Of a stretch of 64,000 nt of DNA, positions 1-8,344 are shown in pieces. Below the pieces are notes generated by a model that saw only the letters and a program-made list of their open reading frames with translations, was not told where the DNA came from and did not search any database. How positions within the stretch are numbered: position 1 is the first letter of the stretch; each line of letters begins with the position of its first letter. This stretch comes from Nitrospirales bacterium (GTDB lineage Bacteria; Nitrospirota; Nitrospiria; Nitrospirales; UBA8639). The DNA is taken from assembly GCA_963667115.1 (NCBI GenBank), contig OY763007.1, positions 1,113,271 to 1,177,270 on the forward strand, in the 5' to 3' direction. A program made the translations under genes and the position numbers.

Positions 1-1
1 C

Positions 2-289
2 ATGATTGACACGTTGAACACGATCCCCGGCATGACCTGTCCAACCCCTGCCGGAGCCTTTTACGCATTTCCCAACGTGTCGGGAATCTTGGGCAAACGG
101 CATGCAAATGGAACCATCACGACCTCGGGAGACCTGGCCACCTACTTATTACGTGAAGCGCAGGTGGCATGTGTGCCCGGTGAACCGTTTGGAAGTCCGC
201 ACCATCTGCGGTTGACCTATACCCCCACGCTCGACTCGATCGAACGAGGACTCAAAAGGGTCGAAAAGGCCATTCAGGCCCTTGCCTGA
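2..289 (+). CDS. C-terminal fragment of a class I/II (aspartate-type) aminotransferase; 5' end outside window
   Basis: The ORF is open from the window edge. The tail GAFYAFPNVS...VACVPGEPFG...HLRLTY is typical of fold-type I aminotransferases. Confidence 0.8.
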   Translation: MIDTLNTIPGMTCPTPAGAFYAFPNVSGILGKRHANGTITTSGDLATYLLREAQVACVPGEPFGSPHHLRLTYTPTLDSIERGLKRVEKAIQALA

Positions 290-362
290 TCCCCGAAGAT
301 CCTTGACTTTGCCGATAAAAAGAGTATTGAAAATAGAAAGACCATGAAACGAGGGGATAACG

Positions 363-731
363 ATGCCACTATACGAATATCAATGTGAGACCTGTCACCA
401 TCAATTCGAAGTCCGGCAAAAAATTTCCGACCCGGTGATCGACAAATGCATACAATGCGGGCACGCGGTCCGAAAACTCATATCGGCGTCCGGCATCATG
501 TTCAAAGGGACCGGCTGGTACGTGACGGATTACTCAAATAAGATGAAAGATCCCAGCCAAGCGAAACACAGTGAGAGCCAGGCCAAGGACGGAGCAGGCA
601 GTGGATCGGAAAAGCCCCCCGCGAAAAGCGAATCCGGCTCCACCCCTGACACGTCGTCATCCACGCCCACGTCTCCTCCGTCGAGTCCGGCGCCGTCAAA
701 CTCAGGATCGTCTTCGGACTCCACGACTTGA
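363..731 (+). CDS. FmdB-family zinc-ribbon protein with Ser/Pro-rich tail
   Basis: N-terminus MPLYEYQCETCHHQFEV...CIQCG (CxxC...CxxC), followed by a low-complexity S/P/T tail. Confidence 0.8.
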   Translation: MPLYEYQCETCHHQFEVRQKISDPVIDKCIQCGHAVRKLISASGIMFKGTGWYVTDYSNKMKDPSQAKHSESQAKDGAGSGSEKPPAKSESGSTPDTSSSTPTSPPSSPAPSNSGSSSDSTT

Positions 732-824
732 GTCCTCTCAGCCGACGGCACCGCGAATCTGTCATCGCCGGTTTTCCCTCTTCGCTCATTGGTATGAAAA
801 TAGCCTGTCCCGGTCATGCCCCCC

Positions 825-1523
825 TCACCCTGCCCTCTCCCGCGGTGGGGAGAGGGGTTTAGAAGAATCGGGGCAGGCGCCGAAACGATCCGCGAATAAT
901 GCGTTCCATACCAACCGGGCAAACGTCCGATAACCCGCGGCATTGAGATGCAGGCCATCACTGGAAAAGTGCGAGGCCAGGAGAAAAGAGGGGCCTTCCG
1001 CAGTCGCCTGAAACAAATCCACACACGGCATGTGATGACGTGCACATCGTTCGGCAATCAGGCGATTCAATTCCAACCGAGAGTGAAGATGTGAGTGAAG
1101 CCAGTCAGGCAGCAGGCCGGCGCCGGGATCCTCCGCCCTGATGGAAGGGACCGTCACGCCAACGGGTTGCACGCCCGCGGCCAACGCCAATGTATAGAAA
1201 CGGTCCAGATACGTGATAATCGTGGAGGTGGCAACGCCCCATCCCAAATCGTTCGTTCCGCCTAAAATCACGGTAGAAAAAGGAAGCACGTCAACAGCGT
1301 CGCGAGGGAATCGCGTCACCATGTCGGACGTGGTTTCGCCGCAAATTCCTTTGACGGAGACCCGCCCTCGTGCGCCTAACCATTCCTGGAGAAATCCGCC
1401 GTAGGGAACATCCGGCAGAGGCATCCCCGTCTCAGCCTGAACGTGATACCCCGCGGTGAGACTATCACCGAAACAGACGAGTAGCGGAGAAGAATCAGCG
1501 TGCGACTTGAAACGTATAGACAT
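825..1523 (-). CDS. SGNH/GDSL-family hydrolase
   Basis: Motifs FGDSLTAGY, GGTNDLGW and DGLHLN. GGAGGG lies 9 nt before the ATG at 1523, so the ORF-track start at 1547 is probably too long. Confidence 0.8.
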   Translation of the reverse strand: MSIRFKSHADSSPLLVCFGDSLTAGYHVQAETGMPLPDVPYGGFLQEWLGARGRVSVKGICGETTSDMVTRFPRDAVDVLPFSTVILGGTNDLGWGVATSTIITYLDRFYTLALAAGVQPVGVTVPSIRAEDPGAGLLPDWLHSHLHSRLELNRLIAERCARHHMPCVDLFQATAEGPSFLLASHFSSDGLHLNAAGYRTFARLVWNALFADRFGACPDSSKPLSPPRERAG

Positions 1524-1677
1524 TGCCGAACACCCTCCTCTTGACATCGCCCAGTCTCAATGAATAGCCTTATAAATTCAAAGATAGACCGATCGAGACT
1601 ATTCGTCTCCAGAACAACACTCGTATTCCGTTACCCATCATCACTCACGATCTGTTTTGAGGAAGGAGTTCTGTCTT

Positions 1678-2253
1678 ATGCAAGGACGTCATCAGCATAC
1701 TTCACATAAACGCGGCAACGTGATCCTCTCCCTGCTCGGATGGTTCATGATCCAAAGCCTGTTGTGCAGCCTCCCCTACGCCTTGGCAGAGGAAGCGTTT
1801 CAAATAGCCATCATTGATCCGCAAGCGGTCCTGGAAAATTCCAACGCGGGGCAAAAGGCGCTGGCGACCTTAAAAGAACACGTGATGGTTCGTCAAAAAC
1901 TGTTGGAAACGGACGAAGAAGAAATACAGAAACTCGAACAACAGTTTCAAGGCGGTACGGGTCGCAGTGAAACCGAAACCCAAGTCCTACAGGAAGAGTT
2001 ACAAGGCAAAATCCAGGATTACCAGCGGCGGCGACAAACGTTCCAGCAAGAAGTGCAGGAAAAGCAAAAAACGTTGATGGTGGATTACATGAAGAAAATC
2101 GAAGGAGCGACCAAGGCTGTAGCCGAACGGCGTGGCTTTTCATTGGTCATTGATAAGGGCAATGAGGCCATCATGCAAATTGTGATCTACTCCACCAAGG
2201 GTATGGATATTACCGATGAGGTCGTGAAGGAGTTTAATAAAACCCACAAATAA
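1678..2253 (+). CDS. skp: OmpH/Skp-family periplasmic chaperone
   Basis: Signal-like N-terminus, then a long coiled-coil Q/E/K-rich region and ...FSLVIDKG...I, typical of Skp. AGGAAGGAG precedes the ATG at 1678. Confidence 0.7.
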   Translation: MQGRHQHTSHKRGNVILSLLGWFMIQSLLCSLPYALAEEAFQIAIIDPQAVLENSNAGQKALATLKEHVMVRQKLLETDEEEIQKLEQQFQGGTGRSETETQVLQEELQGKIQDYQRRRQTFQQEVQEKQKTLMVDYMKKIEGATKAVAERRGFSLVIDKGNEAIMQIVIYSTKGMDITDEVVKEFNKTHK

Positions 2254-2299
2254 ATGGCTCAGCCTTCATGCGAGAAAAGAGTGACGGGACGTGTGCAGG

Positions 2300-2689
2300 C
2301 TAGTCTCGAGCATCAGGGCCTGGCTCCAGAGGAAACCCCGCCTGTCGCCACGCCTTGATGCCTCCTGCCATGGACAAGACCTGCGTATAGCCCATCTCTT
2401 GCAAGTTGGCAGCCGACAAGACCGATCGATAGCCTCCACCGCAATAGAGAATAATTTCCGCGTTTTTATCAGGAATCATCTCCTCAATATCACGTTCGAG
2501 AATCCCCCGGCCTTTGTGAATAGCCCCCCGGGCATGACCTTGAGCCACTTCACGATCTTCCCGAACATCGATAAAATGAAAGGCGTCACCACGCTCGAGG
2601 CGAGCCATGACCTCATCCGGCCTGCACTCACGAATTTCGCTCTTTCGTGTCTCAACCAGCCGCTCGAATCCGGGATTATGCCCCATCAC
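2300..2689 (-). CDS. Rhodanese-domain sulfurtransferase
   Basis: Active-site loop ILYCGGGYRS and the overall size of a single-domain rhodanese. Confidence 0.8.
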   Translation of the reverse strand: MMGHNPGFERLVETRKSEIRECRPDEVMARLERGDAFHFIDVREDREVAQGHARGAIHKGRGILERDIEEMIPDKNAEIILYCGGGYRSVLSAANLQEMGYTQVLSMAGGIKAWRQAGFPLEPGPDARD

Positions 2690-2750
2690 AACTTTACCTT
2701 TTTGTGAAAACGCATCCTTCTCCTTGAAGACACTGAAACGCCAGCAGACC

Positions 2751-2780
2751 GTAGGTCGGGTTAGCGTAGCGTAACCCGAC
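2751..2780. repeat. REP-like palindromic element (GTAGGTCGGGTTAGCGTAGCGTAACCCGAC)
   Basis: Inverted arms GTCGGGTTA / TAACCCGAC. The same AGCG-N-AGCGTAACCC flavour recurs at 11023-11060 and 43950-43990. Confidence 0.5.
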
Positions 2781-2810
2781 AGCTAACTGTCTCCTAAACC
2801 TGATGCCGGT

Positions 2811-3094
2811 TTACGCCACAAATTGAAGTTTCACTCCGCACGCGGCGGCGATTTTGGCGACCGTCCCGAGCCGAGGATCCCGGTTGCCCGATAAGCCGAG
2901 GGAAAGGCCCACGCGATTGACGTCGGCCCGACGTGCGAGTTCAGAGACGCCGCCCTGCGCCGCTGCCACGTTACGAAACGCCTTCATCAACAGTCGAGTG
3001 TTGCCGTCGAATTCATCAATCGCCGCGTTCAGATAGGCTGCAATATCTTCCGGGTTTTGAGGTAATCGCTGGCTTTATGTTCTTTTACGGGCAT
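2811..3094 (-). pseudogene. HigA-type (addiction-module antidote, HTH) antitoxin gene with a 1-nt frameshift
   Basis: The ATG at 3094 gives MPVKEHKASDYLKT, then stops after 21 codons. The adjacent frame continues PEDIAAYLNAAIDEFDGNTRLLMKAFRNVAAAQGGVSELARRADVNRVGLSLGLSGNRDPRLGTVAKIAAACGVKLQFVA*. The two join if the GGG run (plus strand, 3052-3054) were GGGG. Confidence 0.65.
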
Positions 3095-3413
3095 GACGCT
3101 TCTCCTCCTTATACGTCTTCCAGTGGGTCTGAGCCATTTTAACGTCACGGGCCTGCTGTTTTTTCGTTCCCCCCACCAGAAGGATCACAAATGTCTTACT
3201 GTCTAGGCCATAGTAGACACGGTATCCAGGGCCAAAGTCGATCCGAAGCTCAAAAACGCCGTCGCCCACTCCTTTGTGATCGCCAAAATTTCCAAGTTCT
3301 ATTCGGTCAATGCGCGTCTGGACCCGGGCTCTGATCTCGGCATCCTGGCACTGTAGCCATTCGTCGAAGTAGTCTCTCCCATCTTCTGTGACGTAATGGA
3401 CTACTCTGACCAT
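3075..3413 (-). CDS. RelE/HigB-like toxin (addiction module killer protein family)
   Basis: MVRVVHYVTEDGRDYFDEWL...RIELGNFGDHKGVGDGVFELRIDFGPGYRVYY...ILLVGGTKKQQARDV matches that family. The gene overlaps the antitoxin start by 20 nt. Confidence 0.8.
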   Translation of the reverse strand: MVRVVHYVTEDGRDYFDEWLQCQDAEIRARVQTRIDRIELGNFGDHKGVGDGVFELRIDFGPGYRVYYGLDSKTFVILLVGGTKKQQARDVKMAQTHWKTYKEEKRHARKRT

Positions 3414-3420
3414 TGCTTTA

Positions 3421-3449
3421 GTTGTAGCCAATCAGCTACAGAATGTCAA
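3421..3449 (-). promoter_or_regulatory. Putative sigma70-type promoter and operator of the HigB-like/HigA-like module
   Basis: On the minus strand, TTGACA (3449-3444) is followed by a 17-nt spacer and TACAAC (3426-3421). The inverted repeat TGTAGC-N6-GCTACA spans the spacer and -10. A direct repeat TTACTCCCA x2 lies just upstream. Confidence 0.4.
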
Positions 3450-3517
3450 GGTGGGAGTAACAAGATGGGAGTAATCTTTGACAAACCTGCGCGATTTGAG
3501 ATTCATCCAGGATAGAT

Positions 3518-3593
3518 TGGCGCGCCCGGCAGGGGTCGAACCTGCGACCCTCGGCTTAGAAGGCCGATGCTCTATCCACTGAGCTACGGGCGC
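3518..3593 (-). tRNA. tRNA-Arg (anticodon TCT), CCA encoded
   Basis: A manual cloverleaf fits: acceptor GCGCCCG/CGGGCGC, anticodon loop CTTCTAA and T-loop TTCGACC. Confidence 0.9.
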
Positions 3594-3638
3594 TCGACCT
3601 TACTCTTCACCAGGTGATGCGAGGTGGTGTATTGAGAC

Positions 3639-3705
<67 letters not shown>

Positions 3706-3715
<10 letters not shown>

Positions 3716-4314
3716 ACGTCTCTCCGAAGTTTGCGTTTCAACACGTCTTTGGCTTTATCCAACGCTTGTCCACGATGACTGATTCGGTTCTTCCGGTCAA
3801 GCGTCAACTCCGCCAGAGTTTTTCCCAGTTCCGGGACAAAAAAGACCGGATCATACCCAAACCCGTGGCCTCCGGAGCAGTGGTCCGCGATCCGTCCCTG
3901 TAACACACCTTCCACGAACTCGACGGAAGAAACAGGATCGGCAATCGCCACGACCGTCAAAAAACGAGCCCCCCGTTGATCCGCCGGGACTCCCGTGAGT
4001 TCGTCCAACAATTTTCGACAATTGTCTGCATACGTGGCATGGGCTCCGGCATATCGAGCGGCAAACACACCCGGCCGCCCTCCTAAGGCGTCGACTTCCA
4101 AGCCGGTATCATCGGCAAGGGTCAGCGCGCCGGTGAACTGCGCAATCTCCCTGGCCTTTTTGCCGGCATTCTCCTGGCACGTCTCGCCATCCTCAACCAC
4201 GACCGGAGCGGCGGGAAACTCATCCAGCGTCCGAATGGTCAAACCAAGATCCTGCAGGAGCGCCTTCATCTCCTGCTGTTTATCCCGATTCCCCGTCGCT
4301 AACACAAGCTCCAT
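3706..4314 (-). CDS. rdgB: Non-canonical purine NTP pyrophosphatase (RdgB/HAM1 family)
   Basis: [15 protein letters not shown]...[18 protein letters not shown]...KNRISHRG. The 3' end overlaps the tRNA-Pro 5' end by about 10 nt. Confidence 0.9.
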
Positions 4315-4320
4315 GACGTT

Positions 4321-5064
4321 CTATGCGAGATTGCCGATACAGTCTTTTTGCAGCTTGATCAATTGCTGAATGCCGTTCCACCCCAAAGCCAGGAATTGAT
4401 CCAACTCCTCTTTGCCGAACGAACCGCGTTCGGCTGTCCCTTGCACCTCGACCAAGCGCCCATTGCCGGTCATCACGAGATTCATATCCACCTCAGCCAT
4501 GGAATCTTCTTCGTAGCACAGGTCCGCCAAGGCGACCCCTCCGACTCTTCCGACACTGATGGCGGCCAGATAATCCACCAGCGGCGTCTTCTTCAGCATT
4601 TTCTTCTCTTTCAATGAGGCAAACGCATCGGCGAGCGCGATAAAGGCTCCGGTAATCGAGGCCGTACGCGTGCCGCCGTCGGCTTGAATCACGTCACAAT
4701 CGATCCAAATCGTGCGCTCCCCCATCGCAGGTAAATCCGTCACCGCGCGTAACGCTCGGCCCACAAGCCGTTGAATTTCCAGGGTCCGGCCGCTTTGCTT
4801 TCCTCGCGAGGCTTCGCGGGGCATGCGATCATGCGTGGCCCGTGGCAACATGGCATATTCAGCCGTCACCCAGCCTTGCCCTTTATCCCGTAAAAACGGC
4901 GGGAGCTTTTCTTCAACCGACGCCGTGCAAATGACTTTGGTTTCGCCCATTTCCAGCAGGACGGACCCATCCGCATACTTGATAAACGGTCGAGTCACCT
5001 TGACGAGACGGATTTCATCGGATCGGCGGCCATCCGGTCGTTGCAATCGTGACAGGTCATTCAT
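4321..5064 (-). CDS. rph: Ribonuclease PH
   Basis: [19 protein letters not shown]...[18 protein letters not shown]...[18 protein letters not shown]. Confidence 0.95.
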   Translation of the reverse strand: MNDLSRLQRPDGRRSDEIRLVKVTRPFIKYADGSVLLEMGETKVICTASVEEKLPPFLRDKGQGWVTAEYAMLPRATHDRMPREASRGKQSGRTLEIQRLVGRALRAVTDLPAMGERTIWIDCDVIQADGGTRTASITGAFIALADAFASLKEKKMLKKTPLVDYLAAISVGRVGGVALADLCYEEDSMAEVDMNLVMTGNGRLVEVQGTAERGSFGKEELDQFLALGWNGIQQLIKLQKDCIGNLA

Positions 5065-5399
5065 AGGCGTATCTTTCTGAGTAAAGTGTGGGACAAAAGG
5101 CGGGATTATAGTAACTCAAGCCAACAAAGATCAAACCGGAGCTGACTAGAGGTCCTTCCGATGAACATTTTTTCTCCTCTGTTTCTTCGCCACGACCGCT
5201 CGCACGAGCAAAAGCCCGAGAATCATGAAGACTACACCCCCGACAAAAAGATCTTCGTACGGAAACAGATACGGCATAGACTCAGAGTAGGAGAAACCGC
5301 ACGCGACCGCAAGTATAACGCCTCGTCGCCTCTTCGTTGACGGGCTCCGAGAGGCATGCTAACTTTCATCCATAGTTTCAACAAGTTGGGATTTACTCC

Positions 5400-6683
5400 A
5401 TGTATGATCTTCGATCGCTCAGAGAACAGTTACCCGCCATTCGCGACCGACTCGGGCCCCGTGGAGCAGACGTGGCATGGGAAGAAGTCGAAAAGCTCCT
5501 ACAGGACCGCCGCGACCGGCTCTCCCAAGTCGAAGCCCTCCGGCATCAACTCAAAAAAGGCTCCGAGGACGTTGCTCGATTAAAGCGCGCGAACCAACCG
5601 GCAGAAGAAGCCATGGCCGCCATGCGGGCACTGGGCGACAACATTGCCATCCATGAAGAACACTTGCGGACGATTGAGACCCGACTCGAAGAACATGCGC
5701 TGGGCATTCCCAACGTCCCACATGACACGGTCCCACAAGGAGCCGATGCGTCGCAGAACGTCGAAATTCGTCGATGGGGTGAGCCGCGCTCCTTTGCCTT
5801 TCCACCGAAACCGCATTGGGAAGTAGGAGAATCCCTGGGCATTCTGGACTTTAAACGGGCAGGCAAAATCGCGGGGGCGCGCTTTTCCATGGCGCTAGGC
5901 ACGGGTGCTCAACTCGAACGCGCGTTAACCACGTTCATGCTCGATACCCATACCCGGACGCATGGCTATACCGAAGTGCTCCCACCCTATCTCGTCAATC
6001 GAGAGGCCATGATCGGCACGGGACAGCTCCCGAAATTCGAAGGCGACCTGTTTCACCTCCGCGATGACGAATACATCTTAATCCCGACAGCCGAAGTGCC
6101 GGTCACCAACATGTACCGGGACGAAATTCTTCCGGATACCGTCTTGCCGATCCGGCACGTGGCTTCGACACCCTGTTTCCGTCGAGAGGCCGGCTCATAC
6201 GGACAAGACACACGAGGCCTGATTCGCCTACACCAGTTTCACAAGGTCGAACTCGTGGCCTTCACCACCCCGGAGGAATCGTATGACGAACTTGAGCGCC
6301 TCACCAACGCGGCCGAAGCGATTCTGCAAGCGCTCGAATTGCCTTACCGGGTCGTCAGCCTGTGCAGCGGGGATCTGGGATTTGCTGCCGCCAAGACTTA
6401 TGACCTTGAAGTCTGGGTCCCCTCGCAACACGCGTACAGGGAAATTTCGTCGTGCAGCAATTTCGAAGCCTTTCAAGCGCGGAGAGCCAATATTCGATTT
6501 CGGCCCAAGGGCGGCAAGCCGGCCTATCTTCATACGCTCAATGGATCCGGCGTGGCCGTAGGCCGGACAGTCGTCGCCATTCTGGAAAACTATCAACAGG
6601 AAGACGGTTCGGTCATCATTCCCGAGGCGTTGCATCCGTATATGAACGGGGTCGAACGAATCACCTTGAACTCGACACCCTGA
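5400..6683 (+). CDS. serS: Seryl-tRNA synthetase
   Basis: N-terminal coiled-coil arm plus class II motifs (...FRREAGS..., ...[11 protein letters not shown]...). Confidence 0.95.
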   Translation: MYDLRSLREQLPAIRDRLGPRGADVAWEEVEKLLQDRRDRLSQVEALRHQLKKGSEDVARLKRANQPAEEAMAAMRALGDNIAIHEEHLRTIETRLEEHALGIPNVPHDTVPQGADASQNVEIRRWGEPRSFAFPPKPHWEVGESLGILDFKRAGKIAGARFSMALGTGAQLERALTTFMLDTHTRTHGYTEVLPPYLVNREAMIGTGQLPKFEGDLFHLRDDEYILIPTAEVPVTNMYRDEILPDTVLPIRHVASTPCFRREAGSYGQDTRGLIRLHQFHKVELVAFTTPEESYDELERLTNAAEAILQALELPYRVVSLCSGDLGFAAAKTYDLEVWVPSQHAYREISSCSNFEAFQARRANIRFRPKGGKPAYLHTLNGSGVAVGRTVVAILENYQQEDGSVIIPEALHPYMNGVERITLNSTP

Positions 6684-6762
6684 CGTTGCCAATGAGCCAG
6701 AGTTCGGGCAGACACAGGTCCTGCCCTACGACCATATTGTATGCCTAACAAGGAGGTCTTCA

Positions 6763-7005
6763 GTGGGTATGGGAAACGTGATCAGGCTATCGGCTTGTAC
6801 GCTGGCCGTCCTCGGTGTCATGAGCGGGTGTGCGATGCCCGAAGTGAAGACATCATGGTCAAAACCCGGCGCAGCTCCGGGTGAGTTTGAGCGCGTAAGC
6901 ACCAAGTGTGAAGAGGACCCGGGCATGGCCGGGCTCAAAGGTTACGCAAGTTATCAGGTCTGCATGAAAAAGCACGGCTGGTTTCTCATAGAAGAGTCCA
7001 TGTAA
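6763..7005 (+). CDS. Small lipoprotein, function unknown
   Basis: AAGGAGG lies 6 nt before the GTG start. Signal peptide with lipobox LGVMSGC. Confidence 0.5.
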   Translation: MGMGNVIRLSACTLAVLGVMSGCAMPEVKTSWSKPGAAPGEFERVSTKCEEDPGMAGLKGYASYQVCMKKHGWFLIEESM

Positions 7006-7020
7006 CGAGGGGCACAATCC

Positions 7021-7108
7021 GGAGGGGTGCTGGAGTGGACGAACAGGCCGGTCTTGAAAACCGGAGTCCTTCACGGGACCGTGGGTTCGAATCCCACCCC
7101 CTCCGCCA
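7021..7108 (+). tRNA. tRNA-Ser (anticodon TGA), long variable arm, CCA encoded
   Basis: Acceptor GGAGGGG/CCCCTCC, anticodon loop CTTGAAA and T-arm GTGGG-TTCGAAT-CCCAC. Confidence 0.9.
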
Positions 7109-7164
7109 TGACAACAATAGCCATAAGATAGAGAACGGAGCCACAATGTCCACCAATAGCTGTA

Positions 7165-7314
7165 GAAGGGGGTGGGATTCGAACGGGGGTTTTGAAGGGG
7201 GTGGGCCCCCTTCATGGGGTGACCGGCGCCACGCGACGGCGCGAGGGGGCTGGCCCCCTGGCGGGAGCACGGAGGCAACCTCCGTGCGACTTCGAATGCC
7301 CACCCCCTCCGCCA
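7165..7314 (+). other. Hairpin-dense GC-rich element bounded by inverted copies of the tRNA-Ser 3' end (structured RNA, MITE-like element or att-site scar)
   Basis: 7165-7184 is the reverse complement of the tRNA-Ser T-arm/acceptor 3' end, and 7291-7314 is a direct copy with one extra G. Four internal perfect hairpins lie at 7194-7213, 7226-7242, 7244-7259 and 7268-7286. Confidence 0.4.
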
Positions 7315-7354
7315 TAGCATCAAAAGCCATCAGACAAAGAGCCAAGCCACGCAG

Positions 7355-7768
7355 TTGACAACGTTTCCAGGAATCCGCAATCGTCTTTTCAGAACTCTCT
7401 TGTACGAGTTGGGGCCTACTGTGGAAATCATCATTGTTCGAGATACCATAGGCAGGGCCATGTTGCGAGACATGGCCAGCCTGCAGTTCGGGGATATGGT
7501 CAAGGCGGTTGTGGATGTCGAAGCGGGCATTATGGCGATTGGCGGTGAACTCCATTCGGATGAAGAGGCCATTCTTCTTGATGCAGGTTCGCGCCAATCA
7601 AATCTCTGGGGAATCAACTTGTATCCGGAAAAGCCGTCCGAAGAATGGATCGAATTTGATTCGATGATTAACGTGCGTCCATCCCAAGGAAATCGCTCTC
7701 GTTTTGTGGAAAGTGGGGAGATTCGCGAAGCTGTCACTCAGATAGTTCAACGGTTCGTAGCAGATTGA
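7355..7768 (+). CDS. Conserved hypothetical protein, resembles the family I recall as DUF5674
   Basis: Motif block MVKAVVDVEAGIMAIGGELHSDEEAILLDAGSRQSNLWGINLYP...IEFDSMINVRPSQGNRSRFV. The true start may be the GTG at 7421. Confidence 0.6.
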   Translation: MTTFPGIRNRLFRTLLYELGPTVEIIIVRDTIGRAMLRDMASLQFGDMVKAVVDVEAGIMAIGGELHSDEEAILLDAGSRQSNLWGINLYPEKPSEEWIEFDSMINVRPSQGNRSRFVESGEIREAVTQIVQRFVAD

Positions 7769-7773
7769 GCGGC

Positions 7774-8103
7774 ATGTCCTATCAGCATACAAGCCTGGCG
7801 GGAGGGAGATGGTTCACCATGCCATTGGTGGAGCAATTGGCCCATGTTGGCAGTGAGGTCGGACGCATTCTCCGTTGGAAGGAGAAAAATCCACAGGACT
7901 GTGAAAAGGCTTTTATACGGGCGCTGGAATTGCTTGACTTGACCATACAAGATCCACGCTGGAAGGGTCGTCGGAAGGAACTGACCCGTGCTCGAGAGTT
8001 TCTCTGTGATGCGATGTTGGGAGGGAACGCTTACAAAAGCGACCTGATCGATCTCGATCGGTATTTCTACCATTATGCCCTGGCCTCCAGAATCGGTCGA
8101 TAA
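7774..8103 (+). CDS. Conserved hypothetical helical protein (partner of the DUF5674-like gene)
   Basis: MSYQHTSLAGGRWFTMPLVEQLAHVGSEVGRILRWK...ALELLDLTIQD...DLDRYF. It follows 5 nt after the upstream stop. From memory, this pairing is recurrent in uncultured lineages. Confidence 0.6.
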   Translation: MSYQHTSLAGGRWFTMPLVEQLAHVGSEVGRILRWKEKNPQDCEKAFIRALELLDLTIQDPRWKGRRKELTRAREFLCDAMLGGNAYKSDLIDLDRYFYHYALASRIGR

Positions 8104-8196
8104 ATGACTGTTGCGTGAGTGTGCCTTACCTGCCGAATCTGTGAGGACGTCCCTCGGCTTATTGTGTTCCTGCTGCAGGAAGCTCTTTCCAATGCG

Positions 8197-8257
8197 CCCC
8201 CTGGCGGGAGCACGGCGGTTTCCGTCGGGCGACTTCGAATGCCCACCCCCTCCGCCA
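8197..8257 (+). repeat. Direct repeat of 7254-7314, ending in a copy of the tRNA-Ser 3' end
   Basis: CCCCCTGGCGGGAGCACGG, then a short variable hairpin, then GCGACTTCGAATGCCCACCCCCTCCGCCA. Both flanking blocks are identical to the first copy. Confidence 0.7.
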
Positions 8258-8344
8258 ATAAATTTTTGATTCTTCAGTTTTTTTCGACGTTTCTGCTACC
8301 GGTTTCCGTTTTTTATATCAATTAAAAGGCAAGGAGAACGAGGC

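Noticed and set aside
5146-5278. A 43-aa minus-strand ORF (MPYLFPYEDLFVGGVVFMILGLLLVRAVVAKKQRRKNVHRKDL) could be a small membrane protein upstream of rph.
   Set aside because: It is plausible, with a single TM helix and a basic tail. However, there is no clear ribosome-binding site and no way to test conservation here, so it is left unannotated.
7165-7314. The element could be a tmRNA, tRNA-Sec or second tRNA-Ser gene, since it ends in ...CCCACCCCCTCCGCCA and has GGATTCGAAC near its 5' end.
   Set aside because: It is far too short for tmRNA and has no tag ORF. The 5 nt flanking TTCGAAT (GCGAC / GCCCA) cannot form a T-stem. There is no anticodon arm, and the TCA it contains sits within the hairpin stem rather than in a 7-nt loop.
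6859-8258. Minus-strand ORFs 6859-7323, 6986-7597 and 8073-8258 were considered as genes; two of them begin with M..EGVGIRSR.
   Set aside because: They run across the tRNA-Ser gene and the tRNA-derived repeats. Their shared N-termini are simply translations of the repeat, so they are spurious.
8104-8344. A riboswitch (cobalamin or TPP type) might lie upstream of the TonB-dependent receptor.
   Set aside because: I could not find a B12-box-like (GCCACTG context) or TPP (CUGAGA...ACCUGA) core. Most of the leader is occupied by the tRNA-derived repeat. An Infernal scan would be needed to exclude it formally.
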